NCBI GenBank assembly: GCA_044892525.1 | Contig: CM097885.1 | Coordinates: 23,934,001 to 23,998,000, forward strand | Length of the DNA stretch: 64,000 nt | DNA from: Schmidtea polychroa | Taxonomy: Eukaryota | Direction of reading: 5' to 3' | In this document: piece after piece, positions 1 through 12,486 of the stretch | Numbering within the stretch: the first letter of the stretch is position 1 | Layout of the letters: each line of letters opens with the position of its first letter | Made by a program: the position numbers and the translations under genes | Notes under the pieces: generated by a model | Databases searched by the model: none | Told to the model about the DNA's origin: nothing | Seen by the model: the letters and a program-made list of their open reading frames with translations, nothing else

Positions 1-113
1 GGAATAATATCGCAATATTAGACAATTAACCGAAAGTTATGTATAAAAACATCCACATTTGGATATTATACTAATATATTATTTTTATATTATATTATTT
101 TTTTATAAAGCCT

Positions 114-168
114 TAGAACAATGTAGGTAAGGGAAGTCGGCAAATTAGATCCGTACCTTCGGTAAAAG
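114..168 (+). rRNA. ~55-bp fragment of eukaryotic 28S (LSU) rRNA, non-functional
   Basis: GAACAATGTAGGTAAGGGAAGTCGGCAAATTAGATCCGTACCTTCGG closely matches a conserved LSU rRNA segment; flanks are not rRNA-like. Confidence 0.8.
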
Positions 169-329
169 AAGTAATATTGCGGAATAATATCGCAATATTA
201 GACAATTAACCGAAAATTATGTATAAAAACATTCACATTTGGATATTATACTAATATATTATATTTATATTATATTATATTTTTATAAAGTTTCTATAAT
301 TAGCTTAGCAAATATTTAGCTAGAATCAA

Positions 330-1400
330 CGAAATCAAGAAACCTTATTTGAATAACCACCCAAAAGAATTGATTTAATAGGTACAAAGACAATCTTTCA
401 TGACAGCAGAAGCACATTATTCCCTGTGATTAGACAAAAGGATCAAACAATGAAACACTGGATAGAAACAACAGCATTACATTGAACAAATAATCGGTAA
501 CCGACCTCACAAATTGTCTATCTGAAGGTACAAAAGGATTACTTTCACTAGGACCAAAGTTCAGTATAAACAGAAAAATAGATGAAGCAGCCATCCTCAA
601 TTTCAAAACAGCTCTTTGTCGCATTGCGTACCAGATCAAATGGAACAATACAATATCTCATGAAAATGAAAATAGCGAAGAAAAGCTCCCAGTATACATA
701 AACGCAGATAAACTCTATCAACTAAATCCTGATGCAGAATTAGATTCAACACTCTCAAAGGTCTGTCACAAAATTATGGAGATAGTTGAGAAGGAAAAAA
801 GAAAACCATAACTCTCAAACCTATCGAAAGATGAACAAGCAATATTAAAATCCCTCGAAAAGAAACCATACGTTTACTTACCAAGTGACAAGGGGGAGAA
901 TTTTGCATTATAGAGAAGAATCGGTACTTTGAAGCTGGTTACGAACACCTCGGCAATATCGAAACATACAAGAAAGTCAGCCGCATGTCACCAAACAATA
1001 TCGAAATGAAGATCAACAAAGTATGGAAAGCCATAGCTTTGGAAATGAAGCTCAACAACAGAATAACCAACAGCTTCGTCACAAAAAATTCTGATCTTCC
1101 CAACTTCTACCACCTAATTAAAACTCACAAAGAGGATTCTGTTATCAAAAATAGGCCTATAGTGTTCAACAAAAATGGACCAACAACTAAAACAAGTTGG
1201 CTCCTTGCAAAGATCTTGAAACCTTTATTGGACCACACCATCTTTAAAGCAGCGACTGTCTCATGACAAGATTAAATAATAACAAAACTTCTCATAGAGA
1301 ATTCAAATACCCATTCAGTTTTGATGTCTTATCACTATACACATCTATCGAACCAAAAGAGGCTATTCAATGTTTAAAAAAGAAATTAAGAGAAAGAGCA
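330..1400 (+). pseudogene. Penelope-like retroelement, N-terminal/RT fragment, frameshifted
   Basis: Across frames: LLSLGPKF, YLPSDKG, LPNFYHLIKTHK..RPIV..GPT..SWLLAKILKPLL (ORF 985-1266), then FSFDVLSLYTSI (RT motif A). Confidence 0.8.
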
Positions 1401-1430
1401 ATTTCGATTGATTTAGTTTGAATTTTAATT

Positions 1431-1471
1431 CTACCTGAAGACCACAGTGATTTTGTCGAAATATATTGTAG
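1431..1471 (+). ncRNA. Minimal type I hammerhead ribozyme-like motif (Penelope pLTR type), degenerate
   Basis: CTAC-CTGAAGA-stem II-GAAA-TATATT-GTAG; stem I CTAC/GTAG, palindromic helix III ATATAT; stem II has mismatches. Confidence 0.65.
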
Positions 1472-1737
1472 TAAAATATATATATTAGATTTAGTGCTTT
1501 TCGTTATATCTAAATCAATGCCATTAAATAGTGATTGTTATAATAAATTTGAAAGTGACACTTTGTTTTTTTTGTATTACTCAATAGAAGCTCTTTGGAA
1601 TTGATGAAGAGATGTAGAATGTTAATGAAAGAATAACTATCAATGATTAAATTGGATATATGTGATAAAAATTATGAATTTAGTCTATTTCTGTTCTTGC
1701 TTAGAAGATGTTCAGATGTTGATTTTGAATTTCAATT

Positions 1738-1778
1738 CTTCCTGAAGATCACAGTGATTCTGTCGAAATATATTGTAG
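1738..1778 (+). ncRNA. Second hammerhead ribozyme-like motif, degenerate
   Basis: CTGAAGA-TC-ACAG tgatt CTGT-C-GAAA-TATATT-GTAG; near-copy of 1431-1471. Confidence 0.6.
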
Positions 1779-2244
1779 TAAAAAATACATAAATACAAGG
1801 AGCCCAAAAATTATTTCACGATTATAGAAGAGTTAGTTGATAAAATATTGGGACATGAATTAAACAAGGAAATATTAATAAATACTTGGAATTGTGACCT
1901 TATCTTTTAAATCTGATTAAAAACGATAATTTACAAGATGTTCTAGGAAATTCGAAAATGGTGACCAAATATATGATTTCTTTATAAAGAAGCTATTTCA
2001 GAACGATTACCATAAAGGATATGGTGTAGAGATATTCATTATAGAATGTGTTAATTATGAGGAAGAGAAAAGATTCTCAATGTTTTATCCAAAAATATTT
2101 TAAAAAAAAATTGAAATTAGTTTAAATAAAAAACTAAAGAAAAGATAAGTTTTTAGTGCTTAATTTATAAAATGAAATTTATGGAGTTATCTAATAATTT
2201 GCAAACCAATATTAATGTTTTAACGAATGAGAATCCTTATATAG

Positions 2245-4207
2245 CAACGGTGGGCAAATGCGGCTCTTAGAGCCGCATGCGGCTCATTGATAATTGAATT
2301 CTTGATAATCGAATTCGATTTTTTATTTTGAAATTTTTCACTAAATGTTTTGAGAAAAAATTTTTTGTTGCAATTGTATTTTCATAAATGTCAAAAAATA
2401 ACGAAACATTGTTTTTCACATTTTACTGCTTTTTAAAATTATTTTGTAGTAGGCGGCGCTTTGTTATAACAACGAGAGAGAAGCATCAAAAATAAATTTA
2501 GTGAATTTTGATTGGTTATTATTTTGTTTGTACAAGATTGCGGTCGTTTGTATATTTTAGTATAGTTTTCTATTCGTGTTTTTTGAAAAATTTGGTAAGA
2601 AGATTTTTTTATGAAGCATTTTAAAATTTTAAACTAACTAAATTAAATTAATGTCTTTTTATTATTTTGTTTAAATTTCAGCCATATAGTTATTTAAATT
2701 TATTATTATAATGACATCAGAAAACATCAAAAAACGAAAATACAGACAAGAAAATAGAACTTCTCAAGAAGAATGGACAGAAAAGTTTTTTTTATTGACA
2801 ATAATGGTAAATCGTTGTGTCTTATTTGTAAAGGTACAATTTCCAACTACAAAGTAACCAATTTACGTCGACACTATGAAGTAAGTCATCCACACTTATC
2901 AATTCAATATCCACTCAATTCAAACTTGCGGACAGAAAAACTTAAGTCATTGCAATCAGGGCTTCAAGCCCAACAAGGACTATTATCTACTTTTAGTCGA
3001 GAAGATGACAGTGCCAACGAAGCTAGTTTTTTGATAGCTTGGAATATAGCTCGTGCTAAACGTCCATATGGAGAAGGTGAATTTATTCAGAGAAACTTGG
3101 AAGAAGTGATTAAAGTTTTGGATCCGGACAACTCAAAACTACATAAATTGATCTCACGTATTCCTATTTCACGTCGTACAACTGAGCGTCGAATTGGCCA
3201 AATTAGCGAAAATGTTGAAAATAATTTGATGTGTGATTTAAAAAATTGTACAGCATTCAGTTTAGCTCTCGACGAGTCTACTGACATTCAGGATGTTCCA
3301 CAATTAGCCGTTTTTGTCCGCTTTGTATCTTCTGACGTAAAAGTGAAGGAAGAAATGTTAGACCTAGTAGCTCTTCTCGAAACAACTCGCGGTATCGATG
3401 TCAAAATTTAGTTTTGAAGCTAAACTTCGGCTTTTTGTGAACGATCTTAGGTCGAAAATATTTAATCATTTTCCACGAATAAAAGCTAATATAATTGATA
3501 TTACAGAAGAAAAAGTAAACGAATACAGTGAAAAATTGGAAGAATTGCAAGAATTGCAAGCGGATTTCAAATGTAGGTTTGAAGATTTGAAAAGTTATAA
3601 ATCTAAATTTGCATTTTTTGTGAACCCATTTATTTGTGATATTATTGAAGATGGATTTCCAATTTCTGAAGTAATACTTGTTAAAAAAGCGGTTGGGGAA
3701 TTGGAGTTATTAGATATGAAAGAGGACCAGGCTTTGCAAATGCACCATAAATCTACTTCTATAGTTGAATTTTGGAAACTCGTACCAGAGGCAAAATATC
3801 CACACTTAAAACAAGCTGTTTGCCGTCTAATTTCAATTTTTGGTACAACATATTGTTGTGAATCTTTGTACTCCACAATGAAGTTCGTAAAGTCGAAATA
3901 TCGTTCACAGTTGACCTATCAGCATCTTACAGAATTGCTGCGAACAGCTTTAACAAAGTATACACCAAATTTCAAAGATTTGACCAAAAGTCTTCGTTAA
4001 TTCAAGAAATTTTATTACTTTTTATTAATGGATTTTTATGTTTGTTACTTAATGTTTGAAATAATTATTTTGTTTTTTTTAATAGCGTTTAAGTCTCTTT
4101 AATCAAATTAATGAAATAAAAAAAAATATGTACTTTACTATGGTGGCTCTGTAAAAAATAAATTTTCGGAAAATGGCTCTTATTGAACCCATGCGTGCCC
4201 ACCCTTG
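2245..4207 (+). mobile_element. hAT DNA transposon (Buster/SPIN, GTF2IRD2-like), internally deleted
   Basis: 12-bp TIRs CAACGGTGGGCA / TGCCCACCCTTG (1 mismatch); 8-bp TSD TTATATAG at 2237-2244 and 4208-4215. Confidence 0.92.
2711..4000 (+). pseudogene. hAT transposase pseudogene
   Basis: ATG 2711 (MTSENIKKRK..EEW), frameshift in a T-run, CLIC..NLRRHY Zn finger, FSLALDESTD, then a jump to C-terminal FGTTYCCESLYSTMK..KSKYRSQL; the middle of the catalytic domain is missing. Confidence 0.88.
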
Positions 4208-4400
4208 TTATATAGTGTCAGCAGTTTACACCGATAAGATCACCAAAAGATTGTTGCCAAAGGTCGTTTGTTAAATTGATGACTCGGAGAAGTTCATTAG
4301 AAGATGCGAGATTTATTTCGATGATAAAGGTATAAAAAAGAAATAAAATGAACAGAAAAGATTCTCTGCATGCATGATTGACGAGGATCAATTGGAGAAG

Positions 4401-4848
4401 AAAAAGAAGAAGCAATATTTCTATCTTAATATCCCATTCATCAGTGACTTACTGGATTTCGAGATCTTTAAAGAACTTAAACGCATCGGTCGTTCGATTC
4501 AGATAGCACATAAATCTTGGACATTGAGTAAAACTCTGGCAAACAACACAAATAAAGAAAACAATTGCACAATGGAAAACTGCCAGACACCGAAAGATGT
4601 GTGCTTTAGAAAAAAACTATGTTTATTGCATCAAGTGCAATTTATGCAAGGAAATATACATTGTAAGTACACTCAGGAACTTGCACCAAAGAGTTAAAGA
4701 ACATCTAGATCCTGGTGGGAAATCTTCGGTGAACATACATCTCCAACATTGTCAACCAAAAAAAGAAAGAAAAAATATTTCAATCAAAATCGTAGCCAAT
4801 GGAAACAATCAAAAAAAGTGCTGGAACCTGACATTGTCGTCTGAATGA
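4401..4848 (+). pseudogene. Penelope-like GIY-YIG endonuclease fragment
   Basis: YLNIPFISD..; NYVYCIKCNLCKEIYIVSTLRNLHQRVKEH resembles the Penelope VY..C..C..YIG.T.R.L..R..EH pattern; frameshifted. Confidence 0.8.
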
Positions 4849-5047
4849 AAGACGAAATAATCATAAGAGATATTATGAGGAAGTTTTATGATGAAGAAAT
4901 TTTTAAATATAAAATTTTAAAAATAAAATTTTAGATTAATTTTTAAAAAAATAATAAAAAGATATTTTAATTAAAAATATCTTCGTAGAAAATTTTTTTA
5001 AATAAGAAAGTTTAAAGAAGATACTGATATTTACTGAAATAAAATTT

Positions 5048-5398
5048 ATGGAAACAAACACTGATTTTAATGTTTTACAGGATGAACATCCTAATATGGT
5101 GGCAGCGGTAAACACTGACGCAATCACCGAAAGATTGCTACCAAAGGTATTCTGCCAAGGTGACGACTTGGAAAAGTTCATTAAAAGATGCGAAATTTAT
5201 TTCGACGCCAAGGGAATCACGCAGAAGAAAGATCATGAAAGATTAACATCTTGCATGATTGATGAGGATCTCCTGGAAGTGTACGCCAAAACACTGAAAA
5301 AAGCCGAAGGATTCCAGGCTAGGTTGCGATTGGCATTCGATCGCGAAACAGATGTTTTAAAGGATCTACTTTGTTTTTGCACATTTTTCTTTAATTAA
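5048..5398 (+). pseudogene. gag-like N-terminal ORF, 3'-truncated (probable LTR retrotransposon origin)
   Basis: LLPKVFCQGDDLEKFIKRCEIYFDAKGI; ~9 related copies in the window; loses homology to the longer copy after DVLKD. Confidence 0.5.
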
Positions 5399-6646
5399 TA
5401 TCTCAATTACTCCACAATGACCTTCCTGATAAATATTCGTTATTTCAAACATCAATGGTTATTTTACATCATAACCCGAATAGAATTTCATTAAACTCTG
5501 TTACAAAAATATTTTCCTTCCATTTCTGGTATTTTCTGTTATATTCTCTTTGTCATTCAATGTAAAACATTCAGAACTGAACTCGAAATCTTTTCTGAAT
5601 CAAAACATTTATTTGGTTTTTGGATTAGTTTATATATTATATAATTTAGATAAATTTAAACAAATTAATTATTAACTTAAATGATATTCAAATTTATAAT
5701 ATTTTCCAAAAAAATATATAAAATTTATAAAGTTTAAAAATAAATTGTAAAAAAATTTTATTCTTTTGAAATATTTGGTCGCAAATATCAGAATATGACA
5801 AATTTTGTTTTTTTAAAATATATTTTTATACTAAATTCACTTTTTCTTATTTATAATACAACACCAATTATATCTAAATTACTAATAAATTATTTTTTAA
5901 ACGCTTTATTAAACTTAATATTAAATATGTATTTAATAATTTATAGCATAAGCAAAATAAATAATTTTAAATGACTATTAAAATAAAAATAATAATATTT
6001 TACAATTTAAAAATTATTATTTATTTTAAATAATATTTAATTTTATTGATATATATTTTAAATAAATTATCATTTTAAAATTCTTTGACTTAAACGACGA
6101 GTGTTCATTAAAAATATTTTTTTACAAAGTTTATTTCAATACAAATTTAATAAATTATTTTAAAATCTTTATATATTTCAAATTTTAAAAATATTGAAAA
6201 ATATATTGTTCGATTTTAAAAATTTATATATAATTTTTTTCTGATTTCAGGTGTCTTTAAAAAAATTAACAATTACAACTTTCAACATGTTATATGAAAA
6301 ATTGTATTTTAAAATACGGAAATGTTTAAACATGCTTTACACAAACTTTAATTTAAAGCTTCACAAACTCGTTAAATATTAAATTGTATTCTCAAGTTAT
6401 AAAAATTTATCTAATTCCCCAAAATATTAATTTCAAATTTTCATTACAATAACCTATAAACGGCATTCATTGGCTTTCCTAATTTATATTTTAAAATATT
6501 TATATTAAATAAAAAAGAAAATAAGTCAATTAAATACACATGATTAATCATTTAAAATTTCTGTTAATATTAAAATTAATAAAAAGCGCAATTGACTGGA
6601 TTTTATTTAATGTCCATTTAGTCATTATCAATTGCGCTTTGGTTTA

Positions 6647-7540
6647 CACCAAACACCACTGAGAACCGTTTCCTATAATATAACAAAAAAATCAATAATC
6701 TTACATTATAGAAACATACATACTTACTTTGATTTCACGCTGATGTTCTAATTTATAGCTCAGTGAGATACATCTTATATTATAGAAAACTGTAAAGTGG
6801 AAGGAAAATTAAAAACTGCACACAAACGCAACACATACTAAAAAGCACATACAAATTTTTGATTCGTATAAATGTAACGATGAGATACGTTTCTATAATA
6901 AACTTTATTTTTGACAATTTTTAGAAAAAAAAGATCGTTGAAAATTTTTAAAATTATATTTTTAATGAAAATATTAAGAGCAGATGAATTTGGTTCAATA
7001 TCATTTCAATCCAGATTTGATTTCCTGAAAGAAGCTCCTCATATTGAGCTCAGAAAAAAAATTACAAAAATTATTTTAATCATCGATTTTCCCCAAAATG
7101 TTTTAAAAAAATAAATATTTTAGGTGATTGATTTATTTATTTCATTAACTATAATTAAAAATATATCGGACTCACATTTTTTTGAAATAATTCTAAAATA
7201 AATAGAGCTAAATATCATAAAATTCCTAGAAACCCTGAAAATTAATTAAAATAATATATAATTATACTGTTGATTAAAAGTAATATTTAAGAACTTGAAT
7301 AATGATCTCATATCTCATATGGATCAGAATTCAAGTCTTAAAATTTACTTTAAATAGAAAAAATTACTTGAAAGCCATTTGTAAAATGGCTAAAATAAAT
7401 TTCCAAAATATATAAATGAGACATGATAAATTGATAAAGATGATTTACAATTACAACCAATTACAATTGGTAAATAAATTGGTGAGTGAATTTACACGCC
7501 AACCACCACTATAGAGAACGTATCTCTGTGGTGTTTGGTG
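6647..7540. mobile_element. MITE / non-autonomous TIR element with TA flanks
   Basis: TA-CACCAAACACCACTGAGA...TCTCTGTGGTGTTTGGTG-TA; imperfect TIR of ~30 bp; no convincing ORF. Confidence 0.7.
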
Positions 7541-8317
7541 TATATGTGCTGTATTTGTGTGTTAATTTTATTTTTCTACCACTTTCTCACCTTCTATATA
7601 AATGATTTTATTCATTAAAACATTAAAATTTAAAGCGCAGGTAAGTTTGTGTGTTTCCATAATACAGTCAGTCTATTGAATTTCTTTGTATAATATAACT
7701 TCTTATATATTGAAAGTAAATAAAAGAAAGAATTTTAAATTTATTATGACAAAGTTTGAATAATTGCAAGCTGTTGAGAAATGAAATTTTTTATGAAATA
7801 ATTTTGTAAGATAATTTTAAATAGAAAGTTTTATGAAATAATTTTCAAAGGCAAAATTTAATACAAATTTTTATTAAATTAATTTCAAAGATCGATTTCA
7901 ATTAATTTCTTCTACTAAAAATATTAGTAAACAAGGGTTATATTTGGTAAATAAGTAAATGAAGGGCTAAATTTTAAAAACTAGTAATAAACTTTAAAAG
8001 ATAATGAGAATAATTTAATTTTAAGTAAATTAAGAGTCTAAAAATTGATCAAATTAAATTATGGGCTTTTATTTTTAAAAAAAAGTAATTATTGTTCAAA
8101 GATTTTAAAAATTTAAGTAATATTTTTAAATTAAGTAAAATAAATAAAAATTTTAAATTAAAGTAAATTTTTAAATAAGTTAATTAAAGTAATAATTTTA
8201 ATTTTATAATCAAAAAGTTTGAATGATAGGCAGCTTTTGAGAAATGAAAATCTTTAATGAAAGTTTTTATGAAATAATTTTTAAAGAAAATTTAGATGCA
8301 AATTTCGCAAGTAATAA

Positions 8318-8318
8318 T

Positions 8319-8383
<65 letters not shown>
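8318..8383. repeat. (AAT)n microsatellite; shorter in the copies near 28780, 49170 and 63500
   Basis: Directly visible. Confidence 0.95.
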
Positions 8384-8384
<1 letters not shown>

Positions 8385-8569
8385 TCAATCAAATACTTAA
8401 CAACTAAAGACTTTATTAACAACACATAAAAAATAACTATAATAATAAATAAAAATTAACAAGACAGTGATAAAGATACGAAATTTATTCATCACCAAAT
8501 ATTTGCTTATAAGAAGCTTTTCCTAATTCAGGAAGAAGAATATTTCTTAAATTCTTGTCAAAATCTAAA

Positions 8570-8905
8570 ATTCAACCAGATACCTACAACCAAAATACTA
8601 ACAAATATGTACTATCTAGGTATTATTTACATTCAGATAATAAATACCAACTATCAGCTGCTAAGGATTTTTAACTAGGTACTAACAAATAAGTACCAAA
8701 TACTTACAACTAAGAACTTACAACCAGATAGCTGCTACCATGTATTAACAACCAACAAACAACTAGCTACTAACAGATTAGTTTCAAAGATTATTTACTA
8801 ACAATCAACAACAACCAACTAACTAGGTACCAGATACCAAATACTAAGTAACTCTCAAAAAACCAGATACTAAAGACTTACAACCAGGTATTTACAATCA
8901 ACTAA
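8570..8905. repeat. Degenerate CA-rich minisatellite, ~14-bp period (ACAACCAGATACCT-like)
   Basis: Recurring caaccagatac/caactaag/aactaggtac words; also near 29000, 49400 and 63730. Confidence 0.6.
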
Positions 8906-10124
8906 ATATTCTTCATTGTATTTTATCAAATGCTTTTTAAATAAATTAACCTTTTATATGTATTAAATTCAAAAATATATTTAATTACAATCAGTAGAAA
9001 AACATTTTCTGTCTAAGTCTAAATTTAACAAAAATATTGATTTTCGTCAAAAATGAATAATTATCAACTCAAACACTTTAAAACACTACGTGAAATTGAA
9101 AATAATTCAAATATTTTAAAATAACAACGAAAGACTATAGAATTTTAATTTTTATTCACAAAAGATCTGCTCAACTTTTAATTGATTACTAATATTCGTA
9201 CTGCCTTAAAACATTTATTAATGAAATGTAATAAGATTATATTAATTAAAAATAGTCAATAATTTGCAATTTGTCATTAATCAGTTGTTGAAATCTAATT
9301 TTATGTTAACATGAAGAAAAAATCTTTGCCTATTTCACAAAGTAATTATAGCCTCTTGACATGAGTAAACTTTCTAATTAGGAATTCATTAGCAAGTCAT
9401 CTATATAGAGAAGAAGGCTTTCTACATTCATTCAATAACAGACAAATGTGAAATATAAACAGTAATATTAAATATAATAATGAATATTGGAACTCCATGT
9501 CGATGCCAATGCTGACACTTTACCTAAAAGACAATGACTTATCGATGACTCATCGTTTAAATGTGGGTACTGTTTTATTTTTTTGCACATCCCCCTTTCT
9601 GTATGACTCATCGATGACTTATTCTTTTTAGAACAAAGACAATGCATCATTTATTTTTAGAACAAAGACTCGTCAAACGATTCATCATCTATTTTTTAGA
9701 ACAGACTCATAAAACAGGACTCCACTAGAACAAAGATCTTATTACTATTATTATTATTATTATTATTAATATTATTGTTATTATTACTATTATTATTATT
9801 ATTTTCAAAATATTATTTAAAACAATAAAGTGATAATTTAAACCTTTAGCTGTAAATAATGTATTTAATGAAAAAACATTTTCGACTATAAGATAGTCTT
9901 TGTCAATCTCCTGGAACTTTGCAATCTTCTTCCCGAAAATACATTTCTTTCTTTCTTTTATTTCCTTTTTCTTAATTCTCATTGAGAATTAATTCTTATT
10001 GAGACCAATTACTGAGTTATTCTAAAATATATTTAAAATTATCTAGAAATATATTTAAAAATTATCTAACAATATATTTAAAATTATCTAACAATATAAA
10101 TTTTTTCAATGACATTTTTACATG

Positions 10125-10560
10125 AAAATTAAGGTCTAAAATTTTCAATTTGTAAATTAATGGTTTAATTTTAAATTAAAGTAAATTTAAAAAAGTCTAT
10201 ATTTTTAAACTTAAATAAATTAAGGATAAATAAGCAAATTAAGGTCTAATATTTTCAATTAAATTAAATTAAGGGTCTAAATTTTTATATTGAATTAATC
10301 AAGGATCAAAAATTAAACTAAAGTAAATTAATGATAAATAGGTTAATTATGGTCGAAAATTTTAAATTAAGTTCTAAATTTTTAAACTTAAGTAAATTAA
10401 GGGTTCAAATTAGTAATTTAAGGACCAAATTTTAAAATTAAGTAAATTAAAATAAATAGGTGAATTAAGGTTAAGTTTTAAATTAAAGTAATTTAGTTCA
10501 AAATTTTAAATTAAAGTAAATTAATGTAAAATTTTAAATTAAATTAATAATTTATTGTCA
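10125..10560. repeat. Degenerate AT-rich tandem repeat (TAAGTAAATTAAGGTCTAAAATTTTAAAT-like)
   Basis: Repeated aagtaaattaagg / aaattttaaatt words; also in B' and B''. Confidence 0.6.
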
Positions 10561-11772
10561 GATATTTTGAATAACTATCATCTGATGAGAAATAAAAATT
10601 TAAAATGAAAACTTTTATAAAATATTTTTCTATGACAATTTTATATAAATATTTTTATGAATAAATTTTAGATGGAAATAATGTAAATTAAGGGATACAT
10701 TTTTAAAGAAGAGATATATATAAAAAAAGTAATTAAATGCTAAAATTTAAAATTAAGAAAATTAAAGGATTTAATTTTAAATTAAGTAATAAATTTTGAA
10801 AAATGATGAGAATTAGTAGTAATAATTAAAGAAAATTATGACTAAGTTAATTAGATTTAAAGAACACTACAGTGTTAATTCTAACCATTTTACAATAATA
10901 TTTTATATCAAAGTTCATATCTTGATTTAGTTAATTTTAATTGAATGTAATGACAAATTCCAGCGTGTTGTCTTCAATTTTAATGAATTATTTTGAAAGA
11001 TTATTTAGATAAATTTTGGTGTCTATTCATTAGTAATTTTTTTAGAGTTGATGGTTTTTGAGGATTTTTATCCTTTTCGTGAATTTCATGTGGATTGAAT
11101 GAATATTTAAAAATTTAAAGTTAGTTCTAAGATAAATTTAATTAATTTCTTGATAATTGGATGCATTTTTATTGATTGATTTTTAATTTTAAATAAAAAT
11201 TATTTTTAATGACAGTTAGGTTAATTATCAAGTGATAGGATATGACTTTGTAATGTAATTGAATTTGACTAAGTAGTTTTTTGTATATTTTCTAAGAATT
11301 TCATGTTGATTGATTAAATATTTAAAGTTTTAATGGTGATTTTAATTGAATTTCTTGATAATTTGCTAAATTTTAAAAAAAAATTAATTTTTTTAATGAC
11401 TGTTAGGTTAATAATCAAGTAATAGGTTTAATTTTAGATGACTTTGTATTGCACTTGACTCAATAATCTTTTCTATACTTTTCTATGAATATTTTCATTT
11501 ACACATTGATGAACTTTTAAAAATACATAAGCTAAGAAACCAGTTAACTTTATCAAGGACTTCAAATTTACTTGAAAATTATTGTAAGATATACTGAAAT
11601 TTGTGATTTAGTTTGCTATTATGATCAATCAATATATATCATCTCTAGGTAGGTATTTGATGGGTGAAATATTTGTCGGAAATAATGAGTATATTATGTC
11701 TTTGTTATATAAATCGACTTTAGCGTCAAAATGGATTTTTAAAATAAATTTAAATTTTAAAATACCGCAACG

Positions 11773-11775
<3 letters not shown>

Positions 11776-11842
<67 letters not shown>
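11776..11842. repeat. (AT)n microsatellite, variable length between copies
   Basis: Directly visible; shorter at ~32213 and ~54255. Confidence 0.95.
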
Positions 11843-11848
<6 letters not shown>

Positions 11849-12486
11849 TTTTCCTACCTTTCCTTGATTTTGATTGGTTAGAATTTGTTACTGTTTATTA
11901 TCTTCAGTCTATAAACAATAATCTATCATTAGTCACATTTTACAATAATTTAACTTTAAAAATGAATTCTTTAATAGAAAACGTTATGAATGTCCGAGAA
12001 AAAAATTCAGAAATTTGGTAAATTTTAATTTATTGATTAATTAAATAATTTATTTAGTTACATAATATTAATGAAGACAATTTGAAATCGAAGATTAAAG
12101 GAAATTTGAAAAGAAAAAGTAAACATAATTTTTAATTTATTGATTTAATTAATTGATAATTTAGGTAATACGAATGAAGAGAAAAATTATGTCAATAAAT
12201 CGAAATAAAAATTTACAATGTAAGTATTGATTCCTTTTTATAATTTAAAGGAAATTTAATATAATTTTTTATTTAAGTAAATGTTAATATTTTTAATTTA
12301 GTAAATTTTTATTTTTTAGTAAATAAAATTTTGAAAATATTCATTGTAATAAATAATAATGATTTGCAAATTTTTGCGTAAACATTTATTAAAATATATC
12401 ATTTAAATTATAATATTTTTTTATTAAATTTTTATTTTATAGGTATACTTTACCCGAATTGAGATATCTTTTATTAAATAAAATTT

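Larger units (their letters stand above)
2181..4400 (+). pseudogene. Diverged gag-like ORF copy interrupted by the hAT element
   Basis: Left flank reads MELSNNLQTNINVLTNENPYI; right flank continues SAVYTDKITKRLLPKVVC..EKFIRRCEIYFD..CMIDED, homologous to ORF 5048-5398. Confidence 0.7.

Noticed and set aside
1790..2100. Further gag-like fragment (YFTIIEELVDKILGHELNKE)
   Set aside because: Only weak similarity to the tail of the 12487 ORF; too degraded to call
6911..7114. 67-aa ORF in the MITE
   Set aside because: TTG start, low complexity, no transposase motif
7590..7700. Spliced-leader RNA gene
   Set aside because: A donor site is present but there is no recognisable SL exon or clear Sm site
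8244..11881. ORFs 8244, 9725 and 11621 (poly-N, poly-I, IY repeats) and their copies
   Set aside because: Translations of microsatellites in AT-rich DNA; not consistently preserved among copies
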